DNA from: Minisyncoccia bacterium
Lineage (GTDB): Bacteria > Patescibacteriota > Minisyncoccia > UBA6257 > JAAZHW01
DNA: 52,001 bases
Assembly (NCBI GenBank): GCA_049720475.1
Contig: JBNASH010000034.1
Span: 1 to 52,001 of the forward strand
Reading direction: 5' to 3'
Shown piece by piece: positions 34,747-45,023 of this stretch. How positions within the stretch are numbered: position 1 is the first letter of the stretch; every line of letters starts with the position of its first letter. Made by a program: the position numbers and the translations under genes. The notes under the pieces are model-generated. The model did not search any database and was not told the DNA's origin. It was given only the letters and a program-made list of their open reading frames with translations.

Positions 34747-34944
34747 TTATTTTTTGCTTTCTGATTTCTTTTTTAATGTTTTAATACAGCGAACACAGGC
34801 CAATACTCTTTTGCCCGAAGGTAATCTGACCCATTGTAAATTGGCCTTGGTTTTTTTGCGATTAACTGGATTATATTTACTTCTTACTTTTTTTCGTGCT
34901 ATACTATATTTATAAGATTTTCCGCACAAAGCACACTGACGCAT
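34747..34944 (-). CDS. rpmB: 50S ribosomal protein L28
   Basis: The product has MRQCALCGKS...NRKKTKANLQWVRL...RVLACVRCIKT and is 65 aa long. Confidence 0.85.
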   Translation of the reverse strand: MRQCALCGKSYKYSIARKKVRSKYNPVNRKKTKANLQWVRLPSGKRVLACVRCIKTLKKKSESKK

Positions 34945-35005
34945 AATTAAAAAGATTCAATCGACTAAAAATATTTTACACTAAATTTAGAATTTTTCAA
35001 ATTTT

Positions 35006-35623
35006 ATGACCTTTATTTTAATTTTTCAATTATTAGTTTTATTGTTTTCAGTTATTCTTCATGAATTAAGTCACGGTTATACCGCTTATTATTTGGGTGA
35101 TGATACTGCCAAAAGAGCAGGGCGTTTAACTTTTAATCCTATAGCTCATTTAGATATTTGGGGTTCATTTTTGTTTCCATTGTTTTTATATTTTTTAAGT
35201 GGTGGCACTTTTGTTTTTGGTTGGGCCAAACCAGTGCCATTTAACCCCTTGCAATTAAAAAATCCCAAAAAGAGCATAGGTCTTGTCGGCTTATCGGGTC
35301 CATTAACCAATCTTTTAATTGCACTATTTTTCAGCTTCATTTTTCGTCTTATTCATTTTCTTAATATTGTTTCATTAGCGCCTCTTGGCGATTTTTTGAC
35401 AATTATAATTTACATTAATATTCTTTTAGCTGTTTTTAATCTTATTCCTATTCCGCCGCTTGATGGATCGCGTATTTTATATTCATTTTTGCCTTCCAAA
35501 TATGAGCAATTTTATTGGAATTTAGAGCGATACGGCTTAATGCTAGTAATGTTTTTGGTCTTTTTTGGTTTTCGTTTTATTACACCTTTAATAGATTGGC
35601 TTTTTAATTTTTTAGTTGGTTAA
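35006..35623 (+). CDS. site-2 protease family (M50) membrane metalloprotease
   Basis: The product has the HELSHGYTAYYLGDDTA (HExxH) motif, NPIAHLD, LNLIPIPPLDG and multiple transmembrane helices. Confidence 0.85.
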   Translation: MTFILIFQLLVLLFSVILHELSHGYTAYYLGDDTAKRAGRLTFNPIAHLDIWGSFLFPLFLYFLSGGTFVFGWAKPVPFNPLQLKNPKKSIGLVGLSGPLTNLLIALFFSFIFRLIHFLNIVSLAPLGDFLTIIIYINILLAVFNLIPIPPLDGSRILYSFLPSKYEQFYWNLERYGLMLVMFLVFFGFRFITPLIDWLFNFLVG

Positions 35624-35661
35624 ATTAAAAAAATTTTGTCTTTTTTGTAAAGTGGGGAAAG

Positions 35662-35670
35662 TTATCCACA
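35662..35670 (+). promoter_or_regulatory. perfect consensus DnaA box (TTATCCACA) upstream of nrdD
   Basis: Exact 9-mer in the 136-nt intergenic region, 90 nt upstream of the nrdD ATG. Confidence 0.4.
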
Positions 35671-35759
35671 ATTTTTATGGTTGAACCAAAAAATTTTCAA
35701 TTCTAAAATTTTAAAAAGAGAAAAAATAAAAGGTCATTAATTTTTAAAATTTTTAAAAA

Positions 35760-37895
35760 ATGAAAAATAATATTTTAAAAGTTCAAAAACGCGATGGGTC
35801 GATAGTTGATTTTGATGAAAAAAGAATTCAAGATGCTATTTTTAAGGCGTTAACAGCCAGCAAGCAAGGTGACGGCAAATTATCGAAAAAATTAACGGAA
35901 AAAGTTTTGGAATTTTTAAATAGAAGATTTAAAAAAGATGAAATTCCTAATGTTGAACAAATTCAAGATATAGTGGAAGAAGTTTTAATTTTGGAAGGGT
36001 TAGTTGAGTCCGCCAAGGCTTATATTTTATATCGCGAACAAAGAAGAAAAATTCGCGAAATGGTGAAAGCTACTGATGAAGCGGTGGAGGATGTTGATCG
36101 ATATTTAGAAAAAATTGATTGGGAGGTTTATGAAAATGCCAATATGACTTACTCGCTTCAAGGACTCAATCATTACATCACTTCCCATGTTATTAAAAAA
36201 TACTGGCTTAATAAAATTTATCCCAAAGAGATTCGCGAGGCTAACGAATCTGGAGATTTTCATTTGCACAATCTCGATACTTTAGGGCCATATTGTGTTG
36301 GTTGGGATTTATACGATTTGTTGCTTAAAGGATTTGGTGGTGTTAATGGCAAAGTAGAATCAAAACCGCCAAAACATTTCCGAGCTGCTTTAGGACAAAT
36401 TGTTAATTTTTTGTACACCCTTCAGGGAGAAGCGGCTGGTGCTGTTTCATTTTCTAATTTTGATACATTGCTCGCTCCTTTTATCCGTTACGATAATTTA
36501 AACTATCAGCAAGTGAAACAAGCGTTGCAGGAATTTTTATTTAACATGGCAGTGCCAACGCGCGTTGGTTTTCAAACTCCATTTAGTAATATCACTTTGG
36601 ATTTAAAACCATCGCCGGCTTTTGCTAACACTTCTGTAATTATTGGTGGCAAGCCGCAACTTGAAACTTATAGCGAATTTGAAGAAGAAATGAAAATTTT
36701 GGATAAGGCGCTTTATGAAGTATATATGGAAGGCGATGCTAAAGGTCGGCCATTTACCTTTCCGATTCCTACTATTAATATTACTAAAGATTTTCCTTGG
36801 GATGAGCCGGCTTTTGAAGGCATTTTTGAGGCCTCGGCTAAATACGGAATTAATTATTTTGCTAATTATATTCATTCGGACATGAAGCCAGAAGATGCTA
36901 GAAGTATGTGTTGCCGTTTGCGTCTTGATTTAAGAGAACTTATGAATCGCGGCGGGGGAGGGCTTTTTGGCAGTGGTAGTTTAACAGGTTCAATTGGCGT
37001 TGTTACTATTAATATGCCTCGCATCGGCTATCTCTCCAAAACTAAGAAAGAATTCTTTAAGAGGTTGGCTGATGTAATGGATTTAGCTAAAGAAAGTTTG
37101 GAATTAAAAAGAAAAACCATTGAGAATTTTATAGAAAAAGGACTTTATCCTTATTCCCGATTTTATTTGAGCGGCATCAAAGAGATGCGTGGTAAATATT
37201 GGGCGAATCATTTTTCAACTATTGGACTAGTTGGGATGAACGAAGCGCTTTTGAATTTTATTGGTGAAAACATCGCTTCGAGAAAAGGACAAAAATTTGC
37301 GTTAGAGGTTTTAGATTTTATGCGCGATCGATTGGTGAAATATCAAGAAGAAACAGGGAATTTGTATAATTTAGAGCAAACGCCCTCCGAATCAACTGCT
37401 TATCGTTTAGCTTTGAAGGACAAACAAAAATATCCTGATATTATTACGGCCGGCACAAAAGAAGTTCCGTATTATACCAACTCAACTCAGCTACCCGTAA
37501 ATTATACCGATGACATTTTCGAAGCATTAAAATTGCAAGATGAGTTAACTTGTAAATATACTGGCGGAAGTGTTATGCATCTTTTCTTGGGTGAGCGATT
37601 GCCAGATGGTAATGCTGTCAAGGCGTTGGTGAAAAAAGTTTTTAACAAATTCAAATTGCCTTATATTACCGTTACTCCTACATTTTCTATTTGTCCGGTT
37701 CATGGTTATATTGCGGGTGAGCATTTTGAATGTCCGCTTTGTACCATTAAGCAACCATGCGAGGTTTATTCCCGTGTTGTTGGCTATTTAAGACCAGTGC
37801 AGCAGTGGAATTATGGTAAGCGCCAAGAATTTAAAGAAAGAAAAGAATTTAAAATTAAATTTTCGGAATTAAAAATTGACCGCGTTAAAAGATAA
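35760..37895 (+). CDS. nrdD: anaerobic ribonucleoside-triphosphate reductase (class III)
   Basis: N-terminal ATP-cone (VQKRDGSIVDFDEKRIQDAI), a catalytic core, a C-terminal Zn site (CPVHG...CPLC) and a glycyl-radical motif (SRVVGYLRP). Confidence 0.95.
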   Translation: MKNNILKVQKRDGSIVDFDEKRIQDAIFKALTASKQGDGKLSKKLTEKVLEFLNRRFKKDEIPNVEQIQDIVEEVLILEGLVESAKAYILYREQRRKIREMVKATDEAVEDVDRYLEKIDWEVYENANMTYSLQGLNHYITSHVIKKYWLNKIYPKEIREANESGDFHLHNLDTLGPYCVGWDLYDLLLKGFGGVNGKVESKPPKHFRAALGQIVNFLYTLQGEAAGAVSFSNFDTLLAPFIRYDNLNYQQVKQALQEFLFNMAVPTRVGFQTPFSNITLDLKPSPAFANTSVIIGGKPQLETYSEFEEEMKILDKALYEVYMEGDAKGRPFTFPIPTINITKDFPWDEPAFEGIFEASAKYGINYFANYIHSDMKPEDARSMCCRLRLDLRELMNRGGGGLFGSGSLTGSIGVVTINMPRIGYLSKTKKEFFKRLADVMDLAKESLELKRKTIENFIEKGLYPYSRFYLSGIKEMRGKYWANHFSTIGLVGMNEALLNFIGENIASRKGQKFALEVLDFMRDRLVKYQEETGNLYNLEQTPSESTAYRLALKDKQKYPDIITAGTKEVPYYTNSTQLPVNYTDDIFEALKLQDELTCKYTGGSVMHLFLGERLPDGNAVKALVKKVFNKFKLPYITVTPTFSICPVHGYIAGEHFECPLCTIKQPCEVYSRVVGYLRPVQQWNYGKRQEFKERKEFKIKFSELKIDRVKR

Positions 37896-37899
37896 AACA

Positions 37900-38601
37900 A
37901 TGGAAATTGGCGGTCTCCAAAAAACAACATTAATTGATTATCCAGGCAAAATTGCAGCAACCATTTTCTTAATTGGTTGTAATTTTCGCTGTCCTTTTTG
38001 TTATTCATCAGAATTGGTTTTGCCAGAAAAAATTAAAAAACAACCGCGCATTTCTGAACGGGAAGTGCTTGATTTTTTATATGAAAGAAAAGACGAGCTT
38101 GATGGAGTTGTAATTTGTGGAGGAGAGCCAACTCTTCAGCCAGACTTGGAAGATTTTCTGAAAAAAATAAAAAAGATGAATTTTTTGATAAAGCTTGATA
38201 CCAATGGCAGTCAGCCGCAGGTTCTAAAAAAATTAATTGAAAAGAAATTGATCGATTATATAGCAATGGATATTAAAGCGCCGCTTAACCAAGAAAAATA
38301 TAATTTAGCTACTGGACAAAAAATAGATTTAAATGGTATTAAGGAAAGTATTAATTTAATTAAAAAAGGAGGGGTTGATTATGAATTTAGAACGACAGTA
38401 GTACCAACCATTCATACTTTAGAAGATATTGTTGAAATTGCGAAAGAAATTGCGCCGGCCAAGCGTTATTATCTTCAAAATTTTAAAGCCGAAAAAACAA
38501 TTGATCCGAAATTTTGCCAAATAAAAAGTTTTTCGGAGGAAGAATTAAAAAAGACAATCGAAATAATCAAAAAATTTTTTGAGGAATGCAAATTGAGATA
38601 A
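37900..38601 (+). CDS. nrdG: anaerobic ribonucleotide reductase activating protein (radical SAM)
   Basis: The product has GGLQKTTLIDYPGK and CNFRCPFCY. I preferred the ATG at 37900; the tracked start at 37876 is a TTG that overlaps nrdD. Confidence 0.9.
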   Translation: MEIGGLQKTTLIDYPGKIAATIFLIGCNFRCPFCYSSELVLPEKIKKQPRISEREVLDFLYERKDELDGVVICGGEPTLQPDLEDFLKKIKKMNFLIKLDTNGSQPQVLKKLIEKKLIDYIAMDIKAPLNQEKYNLATGQKIDLNGIKESINLIKKGGVDYEFRTTVVPTIHTLEDIVEIAKEIAPAKRYYLQNFKAEKTIDPKFCQIKSFSEEELKKTIEIIKKFFEECKLR

Positions 38602-38621
38602 ATTTTATTAATCTCAAGCAA

Positions 38622-38648
38622 TTAGCACTCTTGACAGGAGAGTGCTAA
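38622..38648 (+). promoter_or_regulatory. CIRCE operator (HrcA binding site)
   Basis: TTAGCACTC-ttgacagga-GAGTGCTAA is a perfect match to the CIRCE consensus TTAGCACTC-N9-GAGTGCTAA. Confidence 0.95.
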
Positions 38649-38658
38649 TTTTTATAAT
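38631..38658 (+). promoter_or_regulatory. sigma-70-type promoter of the hrcA-grpE-dnaK operon
   Basis: -35 TTGACA (38631-38636, inside the CIRCE spacer) and -10 TATAAT (38653-38658), separated by 16 nt. Confidence 0.75.
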
Positions 38659-38670
38659 ATAATATAAAAT

Positions 38671-39372
38671 ATGCTAACCGAACGCCAACAAAAAATCCTT
38701 AATTTAATTATTGAAGAATACAATCGTTTTAGAAAGCCGATTGGTTCAAAATGGTTTTCCAAAAAATATTTTAAAGAATTAAGTCCGGCAACCATTCGGA
38801 GAGAATTTAATTTTTTAACCAAAAAAAATTATCTAACACAACCGTATTGGTCAGCCGGCCGCATTCCCACCGATAAAGCCTATCAATGGTTTATCGAAAA
38901 TAACGTTCTTAATCCAGTTTCTTTGGAAGATGATATGGCTTATTGGGAGAAAAAATTGGAAAGGTTGCAATATCTATCCTTTTTTGAGATGACGAAACAC
39001 ATTGCCAATTTATGCGAAAGTTTAACTGTTGGTTATTTACCACCTCAGGAAGCAATTTTTAAATACGGATTGAAAAAGTTGTTTGAGCAGTTGAAAGAAT
39101 TGTCGGTAATGCGCTGGGAGACCATCTGGGAAGATTTGGATTATTTAGATGAAAGATTAAAAAAATCTTTTAAGAATCTCATTCAAGAAGATAGACAGAT
39201 TTTTATTGGAGAAGAAAGTCCTATTACCAGAGATAAAAACTTAACTGTTTTTTCATATACTATTCCTTATAAACAACATAGAAATCTTTTAATTTTAATT
39301 GGTCCAAAAAACATCATTTGTCGTCGAAATATTTCTATTTTAGAAGCCGCTCATAAAATTTTAAATAATTAA
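38671..39372 (+). CDS. hrcA: heat-inducible transcription repressor HrcA (short, 233 aa)
   Basis: The product starts MLTERQQKILNLIIEEY with a winged-helix N-terminus. It lies immediately after the CIRCE element and before grpE-dnaK. Confidence 0.75.
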   Translation: MLTERQQKILNLIIEEYNRFRKPIGSKWFSKKYFKELSPATIRREFNFLTKKNYLTQPYWSAGRIPTDKAYQWFIENNVLNPVSLEDDMAYWEKKLERLQYLSFFEMTKHIANLCESLTVGYLPPQEAIFKYGLKKLFEQLKELSVMRWETIWEDLDYLDERLKKSFKNLIQEDRQIFIGEESPITRDKNLTVFSYTIPYKQHRNLLILIGPKNIICRRNISILEAAHKILNN

Positions 39373-39376
39373 AAAT

Positions 39377-39913
39377 ATGGCAGAAGAAAACGAAAAAAAA
39401 GAACAAGAATTGCAAAAATCGGAAACGCCTGAATTGAAAGAGATAAAAGAAAAATTAATGGAGTGTGAGAAATTGAAAGAAGAATATTTGAATGGTTGGC
39501 AGAGAGAAAGAGCAAACTTTCTGAATTATCAGAAAGACATTAATAAAAAAATGGAAGAAGTTGTAAGGTTTGCCAATGAGGAATTGATAATTGAATTGCT
39601 GAATGTTTTGGATAGTTTTGATATTTCTATTAATTCATTAAGTATTGAAGGACTAACGGAAAATGAACGGAAAATTGTTCGCGGTTTGGAATTAATTCAA
39701 GCACAATTACTGAACATTTTAAAACTAAAAGGATTGGAGCAGATTTCTGTTAAGGCTGGAGATAATTTTGATCCTTCTATTCATGAAGCGGTGGAAATAA
39801 TTGAGGGTGAGGAAGATGGCAAAATAGCTGAGGAAATTATTAAGGGGTATAAACTAAACGGGAAAATTATTAGACCAGCGAAAGTTAAAATTTTTAAAAA
39901 GTCGATTAATTAA
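39377..39913 (+). CDS. grpE: nucleotide exchange factor GrpE
   Basis: N-terminal coiled coil, YLNGWQRERANFLNYQKD, and a C-terminal beta domain (FDPSIHEAV...GYKLNGKIIRPAKV). Confidence 0.9.
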   Translation: MAEENEKKEQELQKSETPELKEIKEKLMECEKLKEEYLNGWQRERANFLNYQKDINKKMEEVVRFANEELIIELLNVLDSFDISINSLSIEGLTENERKIVRGLELIQAQLLNILKLKGLEQISVKAGDNFDPSIHEAVEIIEGEEDGKIAEEIIKGYKLNGKIIRPAKVKIFKKSIN

Positions 39914-39958
39914 TTTTTAGAAATAACCAAAAAGGTTCGAAATAAAAAATTTAAAACT

Positions 39959-41833
39959 ATGGGGAAAATTTTAGGAATTGACTTAGGAACAACTAATTCA
40001 GCAATGGCGATTATTGAAGCCGGTCAGCCAAAAATTATTGAAAACAAAGAAGGAATGCGCACCACTCCTTCAATTGTTGCTATTGCTAAAAACGGCGAAA
40101 GGTTAATTGGAATTTTAGCTAAACGTCAAGCAATCACTAACCCGCAAAACACCATTTTTTCCATCAAAAGATTAATTGGGCGAAAATATAGTGATCCGGA
40201 AGTCCAACGAGATAAAAAATGGTTGCCTTATGAAATTCGCGAGTCAGCTAGTGGCGGCGTTGAAGTTAAAATGGGTGATCGATGGTATCGACCAGAAGAA
40301 ATTTCAGCGATGATTTTACAAAAACTTAAATTAGATGCCGAAGAAAAATTGGGCGAAAAAATTGAAGAAGCCATTATTACCGTGCCGGCTTATTTTGATG
40401 ATAGTCAAAGGCAAGCAACTAAAAACGCTGGTGAAATTGCTGGTTTTAAAGTCCGAAGAATTTTAAACGAACCAACAGCCGCTGCTTTGGCTTATGGATT
40501 AAATAAGAAAAAGAATGAGCGCGTTGTTGTTTATGATTTTGGTGGAGGCACTTTTGATATTTCTGTTTTGGAAATTTCCGAAGACACTATAGAAGTTTTG
40601 GTGACAGGAGGTGATACACATTTAGGAGGCGATGATTTTGATCAAAGAATCATTAATTATTTTGTTGAAGAATTTAGAAAGAAAGAAGGAGTTGATTTAT
40701 CGAAAGACTCTTTAGCTTTGCAACGATTAAAAGAGGCAGCTGAGCGTGCTAAGCACGAGTTGTCTACTGTTTTGGAAACTGAGGTGAATTTACCATTTAT
40801 TACTTCGGATGCCTCGGGTCCCAAACATTTTGAAATGAAATTAACCAGAGCCAAACTAGAAGAATTAGTAAAAGATTATATTGATCGTTCAATTGAATTA
40901 GTGAAGCAAACCTTAGCTGAAAAAAATTTAAAGATATCTGATATTGATGAGGTGATTTTGGTTGGTGGTCAGACAAGAATGCCAGCAATCCAAGAAGCAG
41001 TAAAAAATTTGTTTGGCAAAGAACCACATAAAGGAATCAATCCAGATGAAGTGGTGGCGATGGGCGCGGCCATAGAAGCTGGCGTACTTCAGGGAGAGGT
41101 GAGAGATATTTTGCTTTTGGATGTGACGCCACTATCTTTAGGCATTGAAACATTGGGAGGTGTATTTACAAAAATAATAGAGAAAAATACAACTGTTCCC
41201 GTTGCTAAAACCCAAATTTTTTCTACAGCCACCGATAATCAAACATCGGTCGAGATTCATGTTCTTCAAGGAGAACGAGAAATGGCTGCTGATAATAAAA
41301 CATTAGCCCGCTTCATTTTGGACGGCATTCCACCAGCCCCGCGTGGCGTGCCTCAAATTGAAGTAACTTTTGATATTGATGCCAATGGTATTTTAAAGGT
41401 AACAGCAAGAGATAAAGCAACTGGCAAAGAGCAATCAGTGCGAATCGAGGCTTCTACTGGTTTGAGTAAAGAAGAAATTGAACGAATGAAAAAAGAAGCA
41501 GAAATGCATTTGGAAGAAGATCGGAAAAAGAAAGAGTTGGCCGAGGCAAAAAATCAAGCAGAGAACTTAATTTATGTTTCTGAAAAAACATTGCGAGAAA
41601 GCGGTGATAAAGTGAGTCCTGAAGATAGAAAGGAAGTTGAGGATAAAATTAATGATTTAAAAAATGCCATTAATAGCAATGATATTAGCCATATTAAAAC
41701 CGCTACCCAAAATCTTTCTTTGGCAATTCAAAAAATTGGTGCTAAAATGTATCAAGGGGGTCAGAGAAGCAGTGGATCTGATAATAATCAAAATGGCGAA
41801 AATTCCCAAGATGCCGAATTTAAGGAGCAGTAA
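39959..41833 (+). CDS. dnaK: molecular chaperone DnaK (Hsp70)
   Basis: The product has [28 protein letters not shown] and the full-length Hsp70 layout. Confidence 0.98.
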   Translation: MGKILGIDLGTTNSAMAIIEAGQPKIIENKEGMRTTPSIVAIAKNGERLIGILAKRQAITNPQNTIFSIKRLIGRKYSDPEVQRDKKWLPYEIRESASGGVEVKMGDRWYRPEEISAMILQKLKLDAEEKLGEKIEEAIITVPAYFDDSQRQATKNAGEIAGFKVRRILNEPTAAALAYGLNKKKNERVVVYDFGGGTFDISVLEISEDTIEVLVTGGDTHLGGDDFDQRIINYFVEEFRKKEGVDLSKDSLALQRLKEAAERAKHELSTVLETEVNLPFITSDASGPKHFEMKLTRAKLEELVKDYIDRSIELVKQTLAEKNLKISDIDEVILVGGQTRMPAIQEAVKNLFGKEPHKGINPDEVVAMGAAIEAGVLQGEVRDILLLDVTPLSLGIETLGGVFTKIIEKNTTVPVAKTQIFSTATDNQTSVEIHVLQGEREMAADNKTLARFILDGIPPAPRGVPQIEVTFDIDANGILKVTARDKATGKEQSVRIEASTGLSKEEIERMKKEAEMHLEEDRKKKELAEAKNQAENLIYVSEKTLRESGDKVSPEDRKEVEDKINDLKNAINSNDISHIKTATQNLSLAIQKIGAKMYQGGQRSSGSDNNQNGENSQDAEFKEQ

Positions 41834-41838
41834 AAAAT

Positions 41839-42888
41839 ATGGATGTTTCTAATATTGTTGCGATAAGAAACGACACAAACAAAAATAGTTATTTGTGGAA
41901 GATTTCTGTTGTGACAGCTCTGACTTTAATTTTTGCTTTTTTGAGTGGTTTTAGTTTGGGTAAGGCATTTTTGTTTCAGAAATTTATTTTTAGTTCCAGC
42001 TGGCTTACTTTTATTATATTTTTAACCCTCTTTTTAATTTTTTTCATTTTCGAATCTTTATTTGCCCATTCATTAAGATTTTGGACCCTTCTTTTAGAAA
42101 CTCTTGTTTTTAGTTTTGCTTTTTATTTAAGCCGCAATGGGGGCAAAATTATTTTAATGTCTTTGTTGTGGAGTCTTGGTGTTTGGTTGATAGTGCTTTT
42201 ATGCTTTTGGGCTGGAAGTTTTTTGATGAGACGAAGAATGAATGATTTAATGAAATTGCGCTGGAATGATATTACTAAACGCGGTTTAGTTTTGGCTTTA
42301 ATAGGAATCAATCTATTTATTTGTCTTCAATGGATGGGCAATGTTATTACCCAATTAGACAGTTTATTTACTCCTAAAACCATCAATATTCTTCTTCAAC
42401 CTTCAACGCCTATTTTAAAAAAATATTTCGCGAATTTTGATTGGAATATGATGGTTGATGATTTTATCAAAGGAGTTGTAACAGACCAAACCGAAAAGTT
42501 ATTTGAACAAAACAAAGAACAACTAAAAAATTTTCCCACCAGTTATATTGAGCAACAAAAGAAAAACTTAATTGAACAGAATTCAAAGGTAATGAAAGAA
42601 CAGTTGAGTGAGGCGGTTGGTTTTAAATTGCAAGGAACAGAATCGTTAAATATAGTGGCCTATCAATTTTTGTATAACAAATATCGAGCCGCTGATTTAA
42701 AGATAAAGCAGATGATTATTCTAATTATTTTTGTTCTTATGTTCGCCATCCTAAGATTTTTAGCTGTGTTTGTTAATGGGGTGACGAGAATTCTGGGTTG
42801 GTTAATTTATGAAATTTTGTTATCGGCTGGATTTGTATCGGTTGCGACAGAAAACAAAATCAAGGAAAGCATCATTATTAAGTATTAA
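41839..42888 (+). CDS. hypothetical multi-pass membrane protein embedded in the dnaK-dnaJ operon
   Basis: The 349-aa ORF starts 5 nt after the dnaK stop and ends 15 nt before the dnaJ start. It has about 5 N-terminal transmembrane helices, a soluble charged middle region and 2 C-terminal transmembrane helices. Confidence 0.65.
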   Translation: MDVSNIVAIRNDTNKNSYLWKISVVTALTLIFAFLSGFSLGKAFLFQKFIFSSSWLTFIIFLTLFLIFFIFESLFAHSLRFWTLLLETLVFSFAFYLSRNGGKIILMSLLWSLGVWLIVLLCFWAGSFLMRRRMNDLMKLRWNDITKRGLVLALIGINLFICLQWMGNVITQLDSLFTPKTINILLQPSTPILKKYFANFDWNMMVDDFIKGVVTDQTEKLFEQNKEQLKNFPTSYIEQQKKNLIEQNSKVMKEQLSEAVGFKLQGTESLNIVAYQFLYNKYRAADLKIKQMIILIIFVLMFAILRFLAVFVNGVTRILGWLIYEILLSAGFVSVATENKIKESIIIKY

Positions 42889-42903
42889 AATTAAATCAAT
42901 TTT

Positions 42904-44004
42904 ATGGAAAAGGATTATTATAAAATTTTAGGCGTTGATCGAAACGCCTCGCAAGAGGAAATTAAAAAAGCTTATAGAAGGCTTGCTCATAAGTATCATC
43001 CAGATAAAGAAGGGGGAGATGAGCAAAAATTTAAAGAAATAAACGAGGCCTATCAAGTATTATCCGACGAGAATAAAAGAAGGCAGTATGATCAGTTTGG
43101 CAGAGTTTTTGAAGGCGCGGGCGCTCAAGGACCGTGGGGTTTTGATTTTTCTCAGGGATTTGGTCCGGAGGTTAATTTTGATTTTTCCTCTTTTGGTTTT
43201 GATGAAGATTTAGGAGATTTCTTTAGTAGTATTTTTGGTGGTTTTAATCCTCGCAAAAGGAAAAAAGTTCAATACGGTTCAGATATTCGATTGGTGATAG
43301 AAATTACTTTGGAAGAGGCAGCCTTGGGTACTAAAAAAGAATTATCGTATCAAACATTTGTTAAATGCGAACATTGTAATGGTTTAGGTTATGAAAGTGG
43401 ATCTGGTTTTAAAACGTGTCCCACTTGTAATGGTAAAGGAGAGATCAAGGAGGTAAAGCAAAGTTTTTTTGGTTCTTTTTCTCGAATAAAAGTTTGTCCT
43501 GATTGTTTGGGCGAAGGAAAAATTCCGGAAAAAATTTGTCCGGTTTGTCACGGCCATGGACGAGTTAAAGGCACAAAAAAGGTTGTTTTAAATATTGAAC
43601 CAGGTATTAATGATGGCCAGATTATTCGCGTGGCTGGCGCGGGCGAAGCTGGAGAAAAAAATGGCCCAGCTGGTGATTTGTATGTTGAGGTTCATATTCG
43701 CCCTCATTCTATTTTTAAACGTGAAGGCGCTGATTTGATTTATGAAGCTACCATTTCAGTCATCGATGCTATCTTGGGAAAGGAAATTGAAATACCTACA
43801 ATTTATGGAAAAAAGATAATAGTCAAAATCCCACCCGGTGTTGAACATGGCAAAATTTTAAGAGTTCGCAATAAAGGCTTGCCTTATTTTGGTCGTCATG
43901 GTTATGGAGATTTGTTAATTCGTGTTAAAATTAAAGTGCCAAAGAAAATTTCTCAAAAAGCCAAAAAAATATTAGAAGAATTAAAGAGCGAATTAGAGGA
44001 ATAA
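42904..44004 (+). CDS. dnaJ: molecular chaperone DnaJ
   Basis: J domain (DYYKILGV...HPD), a G/F-rich region, four CxxCxGxG zinc-finger repeats and a C-terminal substrate-binding domain. Confidence 0.95.
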   Translation: MEKDYYKILGVDRNASQEEIKKAYRRLAHKYHPDKEGGDEQKFKEINEAYQVLSDENKRRQYDQFGRVFEGAGAQGPWGFDFSQGFGPEVNFDFSSFGFDEDLGDFFSSIFGGFNPRKRKKVQYGSDIRLVIEITLEEAALGTKKELSYQTFVKCEHCNGLGYESGSGFKTCPTCNGKGEIKEVKQSFFGSFSRIKVCPDCLGEGKIPEKICPVCHGHGRVKGTKKVVLNIEPGINDGQIIRVAGAGEAGEKNGPAGDLYVEVHIRPHSIFKREGADLIYEATISVIDAILGKEIEIPTIYGKKIIVKIPPGVEHGKILRVRNKGLPYFGRHGYGDLLIRVKIKVPKKISQKAKKILEELKSELEE

Positions 44005-44007
44005 AAA

Positions 44008-45021
44008 ATGAAAATAGCTTTAACTTATAATTTGCGCAAAACACACAATATTTCGAAAAGTAAAAAAGTCATCGATAATATTGATTTTGATGATCCAAAA
44101 ACAATTTTAGGTATAAAAAAATCTTTAGAGCAATTGGGACATAAAGTTTTTTTGGTTGAAGCTGATGAAAGAGCTTATTTTAAATTTTATCGTTTAAGAA
44201 GAAAAATTGATCTGGTTTTTAATTATAGCGAAGGTCTTTATGGCAGAGATAGGGAAGCGCAAATTCCAGCTATCCTAGAAATGCTTCAAATTCCTTATAC
44301 TGGTGGTTCGCCGTTAAGTTATGCCATTGGATTGAACAAAGTTAAAACTAAAGAAATTTTAGCTTATCATCAAATTCCTACGCCGAAATGGCAGGTTTTT
44401 AAAACTGGTCGAGAACAATTGGAGAAAAAATTAAAATTTCCACTTTTAGCGAAACCGCAAGCCGAAGGTTCAAGTAAAGGCATTTTTGCTAAAAATTTAG
44501 TTTTCAACGAAAGGCAGTTAAGAAAGATTGTTAAAGAATTATTAAAAGAATATAAACAACCAGTTTTGGTTGAGGAATTTTTAGAGGGTCGGGAGTTTAC
44601 GGTGGGTGTTTTGGGTTATCCGCCAAGAATTTTACCGATTATTGAAGTTAAATTTGATGAATTGCCTAAAGGAATGCCGAAATTTGATCACTTTGAAGCT
44701 AAATGGCTTTACGATAATCCGAAATTTAAAGCCGATCCTTTAATTTGTCCCGCGCCAATTAGTAAAAAATTAGAAAAAGAGATTGAAAAAAACGTTTTGA
44801 AAGCCTTTGAAGTTTTAGAATTGGCTGATTGGGCCAGGTTTGATCTGCGATTAGATAAAAAGGGCAAGCCCAATATTTTAGAAGTTAATTGTCCAGCTGG
44901 TTTAAATCCTGATCCCAAAGAAAATTCGCGTTTTCCTAGAGCAGCACGAGTGGCGGGAATAGATTTTTCTCAACTTCTTCAAACAATTATTAATTCAGCC
45001 AGAAAAAGATACGGAATTTAA
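44008..45021 (+). CDS. ATP-grasp ligase of the D-Ala-D-Ala ligase-like family
   Basis: The product has YTGGSPLSYAIGLNKVKTKEIL, PLLAKPQAEGSSKGI, LVEEFLEGREFTVGVLG and ILEVNCPAGL, an ATP-grasp fold. It lacks the canonical Ddl N-terminus. Confidence 0.75.
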   Translation: MKIALTYNLRKTHNISKSKKVIDNIDFDDPKTILGIKKSLEQLGHKVFLVEADERAYFKFYRLRRKIDLVFNYSEGLYGRDREAQIPAILEMLQIPYTGGSPLSYAIGLNKVKTKEILAYHQIPTPKWQVFKTGREQLEKKLKFPLLAKPQAEGSSKGIFAKNLVFNERQLRKIVKELLKEYKQPVLVEEFLEGREFTVGVLGYPPRILPIIEVKFDELPKGMPKFDHFEAKWLYDNPKFKADPLICPAPISKKLEKEIEKNVLKAFEVLELADWARFDLRLDKKGKPNILEVNCPAGLNPDPKENSRFPRAARVAGIDFSQLLQTIINSARKRYGI

Positions 45022-45023
45022 AA

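Noticed and set aside
34593-34784. 63-aa plus-strand ORF
   Set aside because: It is antisense to tRNA-Pro and the rpmB 3' end. It is an artefact.
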